Shown here piece after piece: positions 11,084 through 23,630 of a stretch of DNA of 41,893 nucleotides. Position numbers and translations under genes: made by a program. The stretch is from Psammoneis japonica (Eukaryota). Numbering within the stretch: the first letter of the stretch is position 1; every line of letters starts with the position of its first letter. Location: contig QPGO01000085.1 of NCBI GenBank assembly GCA_008632985.1, positions 310,001 to 351,893 on the forward strand, read 5' to 3'. The notes beneath the pieces are model-generated. The model worked only from the letters and a program-made list of their open reading frames with translations. It did not search any database and was not told the origin of the DNA.

Positions 11084-12129
11084 TGTTAGGTTCTGGTAAT
11101 GTCAATCGATATAATCTCCATCCATTGCGACAGTTCCAAGCCGAAGCACAAAGCAAATGCACTGCTTATCACATGCTGCAAACGAAATCTCATGTGTCAG
11201 CAAAAATGATGTATCATGTTGTTCTGGATTCGTGGCTTAGCCCGTTCAATGGAGATTCAAATCTGAAATCATATAAGAAAATTATGGTTTTATATACGAA
11301 GAAGTCTCCTAATAAATCCTTCCCTGCGAGCGAGCTGTCCCGCGCTGTGCTGCCTGACTTGGAAGCACTGTCACCATGATGTGTTCTCTGCCTGATGCGA
11401 AGAGCATGTCTCCGACTGGTGCCCCATCTGTTCCTTCAAGGTGTCTCCAAAAGCTGTGCAAAGATTTAGACGCCATGCCACCACTGTCAGATCTTCTTTT
11501 GGCTGCCTGGGGCAATGGCTCTGCACAATGAACAAGTTTGCCTGCTGGGAAATGAGCATCATCTCCTGCCCCATTGTTGCACGCCAAGTTGCCAATGCTC
11601 AAGGGGAAATCAGGGTTGGAAGCTGGAAACACATCTCTTCTGTTGGCATTTCTCATGCCCCTTTCTCAAATGTTTCACCTGTCATCTCTCTCAAATCAGC
11701 AGCTGCGCACGTGCCAGAGGGAGAAGAAAGAGGAGTGTGGCTGTGGGGCACTTCCGCCGCACATTGACCGCATTTGGCCCAAGTGGTTGGATCTTTGGGA
11801 TTGTCACAATTGGTCAGCTGAAGTGATTTGGAAGCCAAAATTGGAGCAGCACATGAATGTCAACTGAAGCAATGCCTCTGGGTGACAAATGGCCCGTGCT
11901 TCAGGTTGTGCTGAAGACTTCCACTTTTGAGAAACTGTGCTTGTGAGACTGCTTTTGCACAGTCATTGGCCAGCAAGCTGCAAGCTGGTTTTTAAGGACA
12001 AAACAGAGTGGGCTGCTCAGAGCTCTGCACAAGCAACAATGAAAAAAAAGAACAGCCCCTGGGCTGGCTGGCTGGCAGCAGCGCGCATGGCACTTGGGTT
12101 GTTGTTGTTGCAAAGAGAGCCACATGATG

Positions 12130-12309
12130 TTTTGCTTGTGAGAGACAAAGGTGGTGCATGACTGTAAAGACAAGGAGGTCATTTTTGTTAAAACCTTGCA
12201 TGAGGGATGGTTGCACAACCCCTGCTCCAGGAGAATGTGGTTTTTTTCCCAAAATGACCGTGCCGCTTCTCACATCTTGCTGTGTCTTCCCCATTTGCCC
12301 ACCAAGGGG
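12130..12309. repeat. ~180-bp dispersed repeat, inverted copy at 37562-37746
   Basis: ttttgcttgtgagagacaaagg...ccatttgcccaccaagggg matches the reverse complement of 37562-37746 with about three substitutions, a 6-nt indel and a 1-nt T-run difference. Confidence 0.92.
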
Positions 12310-13996
12310 CACGTGGCAGTCCTTGGTGGAGCATGAAGTGGCTCCATCATGAGAGTGCTGCTGCATGTGCCAGTGTGTTTGAGAGAGAAGGAAGGTGTTG
12401 TGGCACTGTGGTTGAAGCTCTGTGTTGCAGCTGGGAGGTGGGATGGTGGTGCCAGAACTCGTGACGTGGCAGCATCATCAGCCACAAGTGCTGGAATGAC
12501 ATGCCACCCCATGCTGCTTCAAAAGAGCAGTGGTCCAAGATGCAACAGGAGCCCTCTGGGAGGACCAGAAGGCCAAGCTTGAAATGTGTGGTCAAAGAGA
12601 GGTGCTCTGCTCTGCAGCACAATGCGATGCGCATGTGGGTGATTTCGACGAGGCAAAAATTCAAAATTCTGAGCATTTGAGAAGAACACACAACAACCCA
12701 AGCAAAAACAGTGCAAAAGCATTGCATTGTTCACTCCCTCTTCACATTGCCCTTGCCTTGCAAATCACTGTTTGGTCTGCAAATGATGATGTTGACATTG
12801 ACTTTGCCAAGACACTTCTTGATTTTGCTCCTTGTGGCTGACATGATGGCATTGCGCACTGCGGAGCTTTTGAGCACCAAAGTGCATGGGCAGCTGAGCT
12901 CATCATGGATCTTGTGATGTTTGAGAGATGACTGGTCCACCCTTCTTGCACTGATGGGCATGCTGTGTGGAGAACTTGCCGTTGCAACCATCACAAGCCT
13001 TGGGTGAGTTGGGGGGGCATTTTTTGCCACAGCTCCGTTGAGTGCAGACAGGTGCGTTGAAAGCCAAGCACCAGGTTTGGCACTGCGCCACACTGTGCCA
13101 GCTTCAACATCAGGCACCAGAGTGCAGAGGATAGATTTCAGTGCATCTTCATGCTTTTTGCCTTTCCTTTTGGCAACTGCTGCTTTTGCCTCTTGTGTGC
13201 CATGTCCTTGTGAGCTGCTGTGTTAAATTGCACGCAGCTGTGGAGTGAGTCAATCACCTGAGAGCACATGAGAGTGCTTGCATCAAAGTTCTGCTTTGCT
13301 GACTCCACTGGACTTTGGATGGAAAGTCTTGCAAATTTGATTGGTGGGGTGGCAAGGGCTGGTCTTGGGTTGTTGTCTGCCAGAGTCTTGCCCAAAAGTG
13401 CCAGCGGGAGTTGGTGTTTGATCTCTTCTTAGTCACCACAGTCATTTGCTGCATGTTGAACATGCTGCCACTCATGTTGCAAAGACTTCTGTGGACCTGC
13501 ATGGGCTGTCTGTGGGTGGTGAACCACCATCTTGGCAAGTCCCTGAACAACCAAGGTGTCCACTTTTTGGTCTTCTCCACTGTCCATTTGTCAAAGGCTT
13601 TCCTTTCTCCTGTGAAACCTCCCAGACAACAGCTTCCAGCTTTGGTGGTGAAGCCAAGGTCTCCAAAATAATTCTCAACATTCTCCAGGCTGTGTGCTGG
13701 CACTGCTGGGATGTTCTTGGAGTTGCCAGCAGGGCAGCATCCGTGCTTGGGTTTGTTGGCTTGCAGAGTCAAGAAGAAATTTCACAGGAGGTGAAATTTC
13801 CCTGCTGCTGCAGAGTCGTTGGCATGCCAAGGAGTGAAGGTGTTGGGGAAAAGCTCTTTCATCTCTTGGATCAGTGGGAGAAGTCTCAATCTGTGCACAA
13901 CCACACCTGGTGGATTGCCCTGCATGATGCCTTTGCTCCTTGCTGTGAAGGAGAGCAAAGGTGCTGAGGTTCCTGCAGATGATCTTAACCAAGCAC

Positions 13997-16408
13997 CACC
14001 CCTGTGGTGGGGGAGAATGTGGTGATGTCATGGTCACGTGGCAGTTCATGTCTTGTTCATCACATTTTTGTGCAAATGTTCTTACATTTGTTTGTGCATT
14101 TGCACACAAATGCCAACAGTGGCAGGAAAAATCCTGAACCACATTCTCCCCTGAAACTCTGACCACCAAAAACCGAGGGCACGGAAGCGCACTTTTGGCA
14201 GCTCTTTTCTCCACACAAAAAACACGCGTTTTGACAACTCGACCATGATGATGCCTCATGGTTCTTCCCCATTGCCTTCCCAGGATGCCAATCCCACTGA
14301 CGCCGTTGCTGACAACGCTGATGCAACAGGCAATGTCATTGTTCCGGTTCTCATGGGTGTGACGCATGCAAAATGAGATGCTGCAAACTCACACTGTTGT
14401 TTGCACACTCCACAGCCTCCCACAGACACTGTCACGAATTCCAAAGCTGCACCTGCGTTTCGGGCCCCCAGCATGCCCGACACTGTTTCTCCTGCCCTCA
14501 CTGCTGCAGGTGCTGTTGATGCTGTCATTGTCTTTTGCCAATGACGTCCACAATGAAATGCCAATGACTCACACTTCTTTCATTCTCACCCCACCGCCTC
14601 CCACAGACACCATCATGAATTCCCAAGCCGCGCCTGCGTTTCAGGCCCCTGGCATGCCCGACACTGTTGCTCCTGCCCTCACTGCTGCAGGTGCTGTTGA
14701 CACTGTTGTTGTCTTTTGCCAATGACGTCCACAATGAAGTGCCAATGACTCACACTTCTTTCATTCTCACCCCACCGCCTCTCACAGATGCTGTCACGAA
14801 TTCCAATGCCGCACCTGCATTTCAGCCCCCTGGCATGCACGACACTGTTGCTCCCACCCTCACTGCCTCAGGTGCTGTTGACACTGTTGTTGTCTTTTGC
14901 CAATGACGTCCACAATGAAGTGCTCATAACTCACACTTCTTTCATTCTCACCCCGCCGCCTCCCACAGACACTGTCACGAATTCCAACGCCGTGCCTGCG
15001 CTTCGCCCCCCTGGCATGCCCGACGCTGTTAATCCCACCCGTGCTGCCACAGGCACAGTTGACACTGTTGTTGTTTTTGCTTTGGAAGGAGCACGATGGA
15101 CAACGGCAGACCAGGAAACCCACGCAGCCATGGCCTGCTGATGGACGACACATCAATGGACATGAACAGTGCCTCTTGGTTGGCTCTCGAGTGCAGTCCA
15201 ATCTTTAGAATGCACAGACACATCATGCAGCTCTCTGTAAATTAGAAACCTGACAACAATTGGATGGCAGGCATGCTTTCACAGTTTTTTAGTTTCAAGT
15301 TGGAGAGGTCAGCGAGTTGGTGTTTGTTTGCTGGCAACTTGGCAAGGTTTCAAGTGGTGCATGTGACTTGGACACTGCTCTGTTTTCCAGGACTGGGTCA
15401 TTGTGTGCAATTCCACAAGAGGCCACTCTCGCCGTTTGAATTCTGCGTGTGATGTGCAACATGCTGTTTTTGTAAGTTGCTAAAATGGAGGCAGGTGACA
15501 ACGTGCTTTTGGCAAATGCTCACTGTGTTTGTCACCATTGGACCTTCAAAACTGCTGCCATGTCAACAGCTGTGCTGCCACTTTGCATGCCGGCACCTTC
15601 TCTGCCCGCATTCCATCAGCTGCATCCTCCTTCACATGTTGCTGCGGTTCATCTTGACACCTGTTGTTGGCTCCGATTGGTTCCGCTGGGCTCTGGGTGA
15701 GTCTCAATCACCTCCAGACAGAGGAGGTTCTGCTTGGGAACAACCATCCTGAAAAAAGTCATCACTGTGCCTCCTGTCATAGATGCTCCTCTGCCACACC
15801 CACGCCCACACAAGGAGTGTTGACCAGTGCATCAGTGCTTGTTGATCCCATGCCTTTGTTGTTCCAAGCAAAGTCGCCTTGCTCTGCCACCACCAGGCCC
15901 ACTTGCATCCACAGCAGTTGGAGCACGAGCAGGATTGTTTCGCTTGTTGTTTCATTGTGCTTGATTGCAGCACTCAATGACAAATGGCAGCAATGTCGTC
16001 CACGGTCAATTTTGGATCCAATGAAAATGGGCCCAAACTTCAGGATCACAAATCTGCTGTGTTTGGGTTACAACAGCAGGTTTGACGGCACCGGCCAACA
16101 CAGGAGAGACTGCCATGTCAGGAACGGCAGGCGGGCACATGTCAGGTGGTGTGGGGGGTGAAGAACGAGAGGTCATCATGGTCGAGTTGTCGAAATGTGT
16201 GATGTTTTGGTGTGTGCGCTGTCTTCCAAAAAGTGCACTTCCGCACCCTCGGTTTTTGGTGGTTGGAGTTTTAGGGGAGCTGTGGAACAGGAATTTTCAC
16301 TTGTGGAACACACACACACATGTGGATGTCAACATTGAAACTCAACGCACGGTGAAGCCGTGCGCATGCAACCACGAACACACACACAGCTCCCCTGCCA
16401 CAGGGGTG
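13997..16408. mobile_element. Mutator-like (9-bp TSD) non-autonomous DNA transposon
   Basis: TSD accaagcac at 13988-13996 and 16409-16417. 19-bp TIR cacccctgtgg(tg/ca)ggggag. Subterminal inverted homology ~14130-14250 vs ~16174-16297. The RT sequence (..WPSGAW) resumes across it. Confidence 0.88.
14357..15080 (+). repeat. Tandem array of four ~181-bp units inside the Mutator-like element
   Basis: ccaatgacgtccacaatgaa recurs at 14538, 14719 and 14900 (period 181); a more diverged first unit starts at ~14357. Confidence 0.9.
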
Positions 16409-18144
16409 ACCAAGCACCAGAAGGCCATTTGTGCCCAACAGTGAAAAGCATGAGTGTCCTGTTCTTCTCATTGAAGCCATTGGAGGCATCAATGAAAAGG
16501 AATCCACAGTCATCCTCAAATTTGTGTTGTTCCCAGAGCAGGTTCATTGTGTGAACCCCACCTTCAATGCCTGCTTCCAAACCAGCACACAGCTGATCAG
16601 CTCTGCAAGCCTCTTTAGCTTGAGCTCCAGAAACCAGGAGAATGGCTTTGGCCATGGAGTGTTGCCACACCTCTCCTGTGCCAACTGGGTGGATGCCCAA
16701 ATTTTTGTCCAGCGAGATGAGTCTCTTTGCCATGAGAGCCTGGCAGGTGGCCCAAGGGGGCAACTCATTTGCCAACCAGTTTGCATGCATGCAATGCTTC
16801 ACAAAGCAATCTGCTGGCCTTCCCATGATGGAGAAGCCACTCCAAAACTGTGCTGGCATTGGATCTGCCAAGTCCTGTGCTCCTTGACAGTCTTTGCATG
16901 ACAGTGTTGACGATGCTGTTGGCGAGGATCACATCTTGGAGTCAAGGCAGTTTGCCACATTTGGGAAATTGGGCTTCTTTCAGGATCCTTGAATCTGGAT
17001 GTTTTGATTTGAGGACTTCTAGAGCTGTGTCCTTTGTCTTCTCATTGACTTCATCTGGTGAGATGGAGCTCCACCTGGTGTTCTCTTTGTTGGCACTGGG
17101 GTTGGCCTTTTCTTTTTCTCTTGTGTTGCCTGCTGTCATTGGGGGGGGGGGGGGGGATTTGAGACAAGCTGACAAATTTTTGGCTGAAGTGGATCTGGTG
17201 AAGCAAGCATGAGAGTTTCATGGTTGGTCATGCAGGTGACATGGGCAAACACGTGTTTGGCAGGCAGACACAGAGGTGCAATTGCAGCACAACCCCTTGC
17301 TCTGTTTCTTCTGTTGCATGATTTTTTTTTAATTTCGCTGTGCTTCACCATGGGAAAAAACATCAAGCCACAAGTCTGTGATGGATGTGGTCCATCCACC
17401 AACTCTTGTTCATTTTACATTTGTTGCACATTGAAGGTCACACATGCACCAAATGTTTGTGGTCGGACCACTTCGGCATGTTTTGGAGAAACATCAACTG
17501 TTGCTGTCATTGTCGTGCTTTGCAGCTGGATCATGGATCATGGTGCATGATGTCCTCATTTTCCCATGCAATCAGGTGCATTTTTGCATTGGGGCATTTG
17601 CAGGGAGTCGCCTCAAATCTGTTGCAAAAGAAATCTTTTGAAAATGACCCATGACATGTGTTGCAAAAATCACTTGAGGATGTCCACAGAATCTGCACAT
17701 TTTTGTGCCAAAACTGTTGTCTTCTCAAAACTTTTGCATGAAAGGACTTTGCTGCTAACTGATCAGGTGCATTTTTGCAAATGTGTTGTTCTAAAATGCA
17801 CCTGATCAGCCAGCAGCAAAATCCATTTTTCGCAGAATTAAAATTCACCGAGGGCAGACCGACAGACTGTTCAACATTTTTCTTGGTGCTGGTCCACACA
17901 ATTTCCATGCATTTTTTTACAGTGACCCTGCGGCACGAAAGATTGCTGTTGAAGTGCGCAGGCGAAAGTCCTTGGTGCGCTTGCGCGTGCATTGCTGGAC
18001 CTCACAAGACAAAGCTGCGTTAAAAAGACATTTCAAATCACAAAACAATGGCAGATGTGCAACCATTGTGCTGCCATGCATTGCCTCAGATAACATCAAC
18101 TTAAACAGGCACACATGTCTGGCTCAAAAATTTCAACGGACGTC

Positions 18145-18300
18145 AAAAAACTGTTGAAGCTGATGGCTTCAACAAAAAATCTGTTGAAACTAAAAATGTT
18201 TTGTTGAAACTGACAGTTTCAACAGTTTTTCTGTTGAAACCAACAGTTTCAACAAAACTCGTTTCAACAAAAAGTGTTGAAACTGTTGGAATGTTGAAAT
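18145..18300. repeat. Array of palindromic gttgaaac-N-gtttcaac modules (left arm)
   Basis: Repeated tgttgaaactgacagtttcaaca / ctgttgaaaccaacagtttcaaca, roughly inverted with respect to 19007-19140. Confidence 0.75.
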
Positions 18301-19006
18301 TGATGTCACGGTTTAGAGATTGATGCTCGCAATTGCCGTGCATTGTGCCAACACCCGCCCAACACGCAAATGATGATGGCGGCCCATGGCGGCATCAAAT
18401 TTCCACTTGATGATGACAAAAATGGCGCCGTTAGAACTGCTGCAGTTTGGTCAGCACAAGCGCGAATCTTCTTGTTGTGTTCAGTTGAACAACCACAGAC
18501 TTGCGAGGTGATTTCAGAAACCTTCAAATGAAAAGTTTCTGCACACTTTTCTTGGGCCATTTTGACCCCCTCACTCTAAGAACAAACCTCATGCAAACAA
18601 TCCCATTGGGTCAGACGCATCAAAATCAGCTCTCACATGATCATTGGTGTGACTCTTGCAGACCCAGTTTGGCTGCCTTGGGCATTGAGTTTGTGTGGCG
18701 CAACATGCAACCGACAGCATTAAAATCCTTTGGATGCAGCAGGTCCATTCAAGCAACAAGCACACAACATCACATGCCAGTTCCTTGGCAAAACATGTCA
18801 TTCACACTTCATGTTGTCGATTGGTGCCAATTCTGCAGTGGTCAAGTCTGAAGAGGTTGCCAAAAACAACCGCTCACCACCATGGCAACTTGCACAAAAC
18901 ACACATCTCATCCGATGCGGAGTTCTGCACGCCACTCAGTGCATGGCATCTTGCATCCACTCATTTCACCTTGAGCGAGTCAATTCGTCGGAAATGCTGA
19001 CGCCAT

Positions 19007-19140
19007 GGTTTCAACAAAAACTGTTGAAACTGTTGGTTTCAAAAAAGAAATTGTTGAAACTGTGTGGTTTCAACAAAAATCTGTTGATTTTGTTGAAACT
19101 GTTAGTTTCAACAACTTTTTTGTTGAAAACATCTTCAGTT
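19007..19140. repeat. Array of palindromic gttgaaac-N-gtttcaac modules (right arm)
   Basis: gtttcaacaaaaactgttgaaactgttggtttc...tgttgaaactgttagtttcaaca; same module as 18145-18300. Confidence 0.75.
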
Positions 19141-22100
19141 TTTTGCGGCATTTGTGACTTTTTGAAATGAATGACCAAAATGACGTTTGCCCATTCATTT
19201 GTCGCAAAAATGTGACTTGTCTGCATGTGAAGGTTGGGCAACAGCCCAAATGTCATTCATTGACTTTAAGAACACACATGTGACAAATGCTGTCAATTTC
19301 AATTGTTTGGGCTTTCCACCCCAGCTCCGTGCTTCACATGCAAAAATTGACCCCTGTTGTCAACCAGACACCCACCTCGATCGACTGACAGTGCACAGAT
19401 GCAAAGTTCATGACACTTTTGGGGGGCTAGAATGGGGGTGAACATCAGTTGCCAGCCAATCACTGAAAATTGTCCCTCGTGCTTTCACGTGCAACAAAGG
19501 TGCTCCATGAAAAGCCAGCTCTGTTTTGAAATGTCAGATGCCATGAACGATGCACACCCATTGCATTCTCACAAGACATTGGTTTGAAGAGCATGAGACT
19601 GACAATGCTCATGTCTTGAGCATTTTGTGGCTCTAGCGGGGGTCAAAGTCCAGCCATGACTTCCAAAAAATTCGAGTCGAGCATGTCACACGGGATTCAA
19701 TGCTCGTGACTCGGAGCATGAATCGACCTTTTCTCAACACCGAGACAGATGACAACATCATCACAAACCAATTTCATGGCAATGTTCTACTTTCTAATTT
19801 GTCTTTGACCTCGTGACAACTGCATTTGACCTCTTTCATGCTGTGGATGGGCCAAGCAATCAATGAAGACTCATCTGGCTGCAAGCCACACTCTGCCACT
19901 TTTCACATTTGACACTTGTGTCTTTGCAATCAATCTAGAGTGGATGCAAGCCAGGGAGGAGCTCCATTCCCTGCTGTTTTTCATTCTGTAGAATGACAGC
20001 GTCAGAGTGATTTTGTCAACATTGCTTGACTCCTTCTTTCTTGAACTGCGCGCCAACTTCATTCTGCATTTTCACTCCCATCCGCCCGACTCTCTCCCAT
20101 TCATGAATGCTTGGCTGGATGCATTGCAGTTGCTTCATCAAAGTCTTGAACGAGATTCGTCTGGTCAACGCCATTGCTCAAATGGGTGTGATGATGTGAC
20201 AATGACATGACGACAACGTTGGATTTGCCGATGTGCTGACAGAACAAGAGTCAGCTGCGGCGGCAAGAAAGTCAAGCGAAGCAACAAGTGGTGAGCCTTG
20301 GACACACTGACAACACCATTTTGATTTTCAACCTGCTTGCCTTTTTACAAACTTGGAGTTTAACTCAGTGGGTGCCAGAAATCTGGCTGGTGGTGGGCGT
20401 GTGAAGAATTGTCATGCGACATGCTGTCATGACAAGCGAAACGGCATGTTTCAAAAAAATCTTGCCGAAATGCTTGTCTCTGACTGGACTTTTACAATGG
20501 TGTGATGCACGGAGTCTGACAGAGCAGACACTGCAAATGTCCATAAAACGATGGTGGTTTAGACACCTGTTGAAGCAATGCAACAAAACAGCTTGAGCAG
20601 CTCAACTTTGCATCATCCGGCAAAAATGCTGTTTGCACACATCATCAGCGATTGCTCTCTGATGCCATGAAACAACCACCATGGCCTGTGCTGAGTCCTT
20701 CTTTCTTGCCTTGGGGCTTTGGCTGCATGATCCGATGCTTGGCCGCTTGGCTGCTGGAGGATGTGGAAAGCTCAAAGACAAACATCAGCATGGAAAACAT
20801 CCATCGGCTCTCATGTTGAAACTGCAAGTTGAGCAAAACAATGTCGTCGGGTTGATTTGAAATTTTCAAAAATTGACTTGAATTGTCAGAGAGGGTTTGA
20901 ATTGCCTCAGCGGCAAAAGTTTGATGTCTCCATTGCCGCACGGTAAAAAAGAAGGTCATTTTTTTACTGCCCAGTTAAAAAAAAATGCTCGAACGGCGTG
21001 CGTTTTGGTGATCCGGTAAAAAGAACTGCTGGCACGTCTGATGTCTGAGCAAAAGTGTGCACGTGCATTGTCACACTGCTCAACAGAAAACAAGGTAAAA
21101 CCAAGCTGCATTTTTCAGATCACTTGTCCATCAATTTTTTTTGTTCGACGCGCCACATGAGATTCATCACATGGCAAAACACACCATGACCACGGCACCC
21201 ATCTGCCATCAGATGGAGCAAACCAGCTGTTTCAGTGTTGGTGTTGCATGATGTGGTGGCACACATGATGATGTGGAGCACTGCTGCAAAGAACGGTGAG
21301 TGAAAAAGCACAGAATGATGCAAGAATGCGTGCCCCCCTGCAATGACCGCACACCGATGCGGTGCAGTTGTGAGAAGCCAAGGGCTCTGCACTCGAGAGA
21401 CTTGTGAATGATTTGTTTGCAATGTTTTTCTTGCTGGGGATGAATGTTTTTAGCAAGAGAACAACACAGACTGAACAGTGTCTGACCAATCATGTGCTCA
21501 GTCAATGAAGAAACCACATGCTGAGTGTGGAGTTGACAATGCACAGAGGTGGTGCACAGGCAACAAAGCAAAAAAGAGCCCATGCATTGTGAGGATGGGA
21601 GCTCATCTGTTGTGACTGGATTGCAAAAGATTGAAGGACTGCCCGCACAAGATCTTTTGCCGCCCATGTTTTCATGTGAACAACAGATCTCACAGAACAC
21701 AACTCACAAGCTGCGCCCACATCCTCTTTTCTGCAATGAACTGGCCCTTCTAGACCAGTCATCCAAAACAGTGTTTTCAGATTGTCCAAGACATTTAGGA
21801 AGGTCTCTTGTTTCAATGGCAGCTTGGGCTGATCATTGCCATGGCTGCTGCTTCTGACCCTGCGGTGTTGAGTGAACCAGGCCTTTTGTCCTTGCAGTCT
21901 CCTTCCAAGCTCCTTTTCCATGTTCAGCTTGGAGCAGGATGGAGGCAGTCCTGCCAACTCACTCACTTTTCTCCAAAGGCCCATTCTCTGTTCTCTGTCA
22001 TTTTTGCTTTGGAAGCACAAGTGACTTCAATTCAAACTCTTGGTGCAGAATGCCAGAGCACCGCAACTGATCCCTTCTTGAGTGACTGAGCAGCAGCAAC

Positions 22101-23046
22101 CTTTGATTTCCTGCCTTTTTCAGAGCAAGGACGACTCTCCCAGCGCAACAACAGCCATGCCAACACACGGAAACACCAGTGCAGAAACGAGCCCCTTCAT
22201 GATGAGCTTGCACTGACAGGGCCCTGGGTGACTTGAAAGAGGGCAGCGGGGATGTTGGGCACCATGCAGAGTGCAGAGCAGCAAATTCTGCCAGACACCA
22301 GTGCAAGAGGGCCAGTGCTGAAATGTTGAGGGCATCCACGGGGCTGACGTGCTCAAAGACACCACTCAAGAGACACTGGAATTTTGAGTGGTTTGCAGCA
22401 AAAGCCATGCACAACTGTGATCAGTGCAGAAAGAGAAAAGAGCACAGTCAACAGCAAACTGGTGAGTTGCCACTTGAGTTTTTGTTCGCTGCACGCACAC
22501 AAAATGCCTTGCACCTTTCCAACTTCTGCAGCCAAAATCAGCTGATTCGCGTCCTTCAGATGTGGACAAACGCACGCATCATCCCACCAACATCTTGGAG
22601 GATTTGTTGCAAACAACATGAAAATTGGCAAAGCCAACCAAAAGGCAGTTGCGCACCTTGGCTCCGATGAACAATTGTTCATGTCTGCAATTCGCTGCAC
22701 ATCGATCTGCTGAGGTCGCTTCTTGAGAGATGAATGAGAAGCTGTCGCTTTTCTGCTGTTTTGAGCTTCCTCCCATCCAAGGCCTTCTTGACTTCTCAAG
22801 GCTCAACACCACCCCATCCAGTGCAGCCGATGAAGTCCAAAGGCCAGAGGGTTGCCACAACGCCAGCATTCATCATCGACATGGCTGCGGCATCTTTTGC
22901 CCACGGCGCTCCATGGTTTCATGGCGGCAATCGGCGGACTGAAATCTTTCAGCCTCAGAGGGAGGTCCCCCAATTAAAAAAATTGATGGGCGGGTGATCT
23001 GAAAAATGCATTTGGTGCACCGTCTGGGTGGACGTGTGCTGGAGTG

Positions 23047-23357
23047 CAAATGAAAGCAGAACAAAGCACGAAAAGTGGAAATTGTGAGGTTGCATTTTAA
23101 ATTTCACTCTGTGATTTTTGGTTTCTCCAAAAACAAGTTCTCAATGGCCTGAAGCTTGTGCACTGCCTCCACAGACAAAACGCCTTTTGGAGAACATGAT
23201 TGTGGCAACAGATTGTCCAGATGCGATTGCCACTGACGTGCAACATGTCAACATCATCATTCGATCGTACTTGCAATTCTTGACTTCCGATCAATTCTGT
23301 GTGATTGTTCTGTCCTTTGCGCGCATCCACAATTGTGGCACGATTGATGCACATGTG
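23047..23357. repeat. ~310-bp direct repeat, copy 1 (copy 2 at 29620-29922)
   Basis: Colinear match from caaa.gaaag..gaa..aag..cgaaaagtggaaattgtgag to ttgtggcacgattga; most differences are transitions at TG/CA positions. Confidence 0.92.
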
Positions 23358-23592
23358 TGGCGCGCAACTGCACATGTGCACACAACAGTCGCATGCTGCA
23401 CTTGCCTCCTTGACTGCACACTGGAGTTGTTCATCAAGCGGAGTTGTTCAACGCACACTGACAGTGTCAGCAATGTTTCCATGTTGACTGTGCTGCACTG
23501 CGCCATTGGCGATGACTGTTGTTGTTTTGTGGGCCAGTGCAGGGCCGTTCCAGTTTCCGAGTTTCTTTTGAGAGTGTCGTTGTTTGTCTCTC

Positions 23593-23594
<2 letters not shown>

Positions 23595-23630
<36 letters not shown>
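23595..23630. repeat. (TG)n microsatellite abutting an assembly gap (N at 23631-23757)
   Basis: Directly visible. Confidence 0.95.

Larger units (their letters stand above)
12855..17120 (-). mobile_element. Degenerate CRE-type non-LTR retrotransposon (RT plus CCHC), split by the 13997-16408 insertion
   Basis: LEVLKSKHPD; WLANELPPWA..ALMAKRLISLDKN.GI.PVG.GEVW; KEAC..DQLCAGLEAGIEGGVH; FIDASNGFNE; after the insertion QGNP (QGDP), WHAND (WYADD, 13829-13815), CLGGF.G (YLGGFIG), PIKFA.LSI, GAWLS, CDGC..KFS..HA..CKKGG, H.KIHDEL. Confidence 0.85.

Noticed and set aside
14357..15080. CRISPR-like array
   Set aside because: Whole 181-bp units are homologous, with no unique spacers and no cas genes; eukaryotic context.
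15300..16050. Possible His-Cys box/HNH nuclease inside the Mutator-like element
   Set aside because: His/Cys richness is expected from the mutational bias, and no reliable motif spacing was seen.
18145..19140. gtttcaac/gttgaaac repeats resembling CRISPR repeat ends
   Set aside because: Irregular spacing, spacers of only a few bases and no constant repeat-spacer period.
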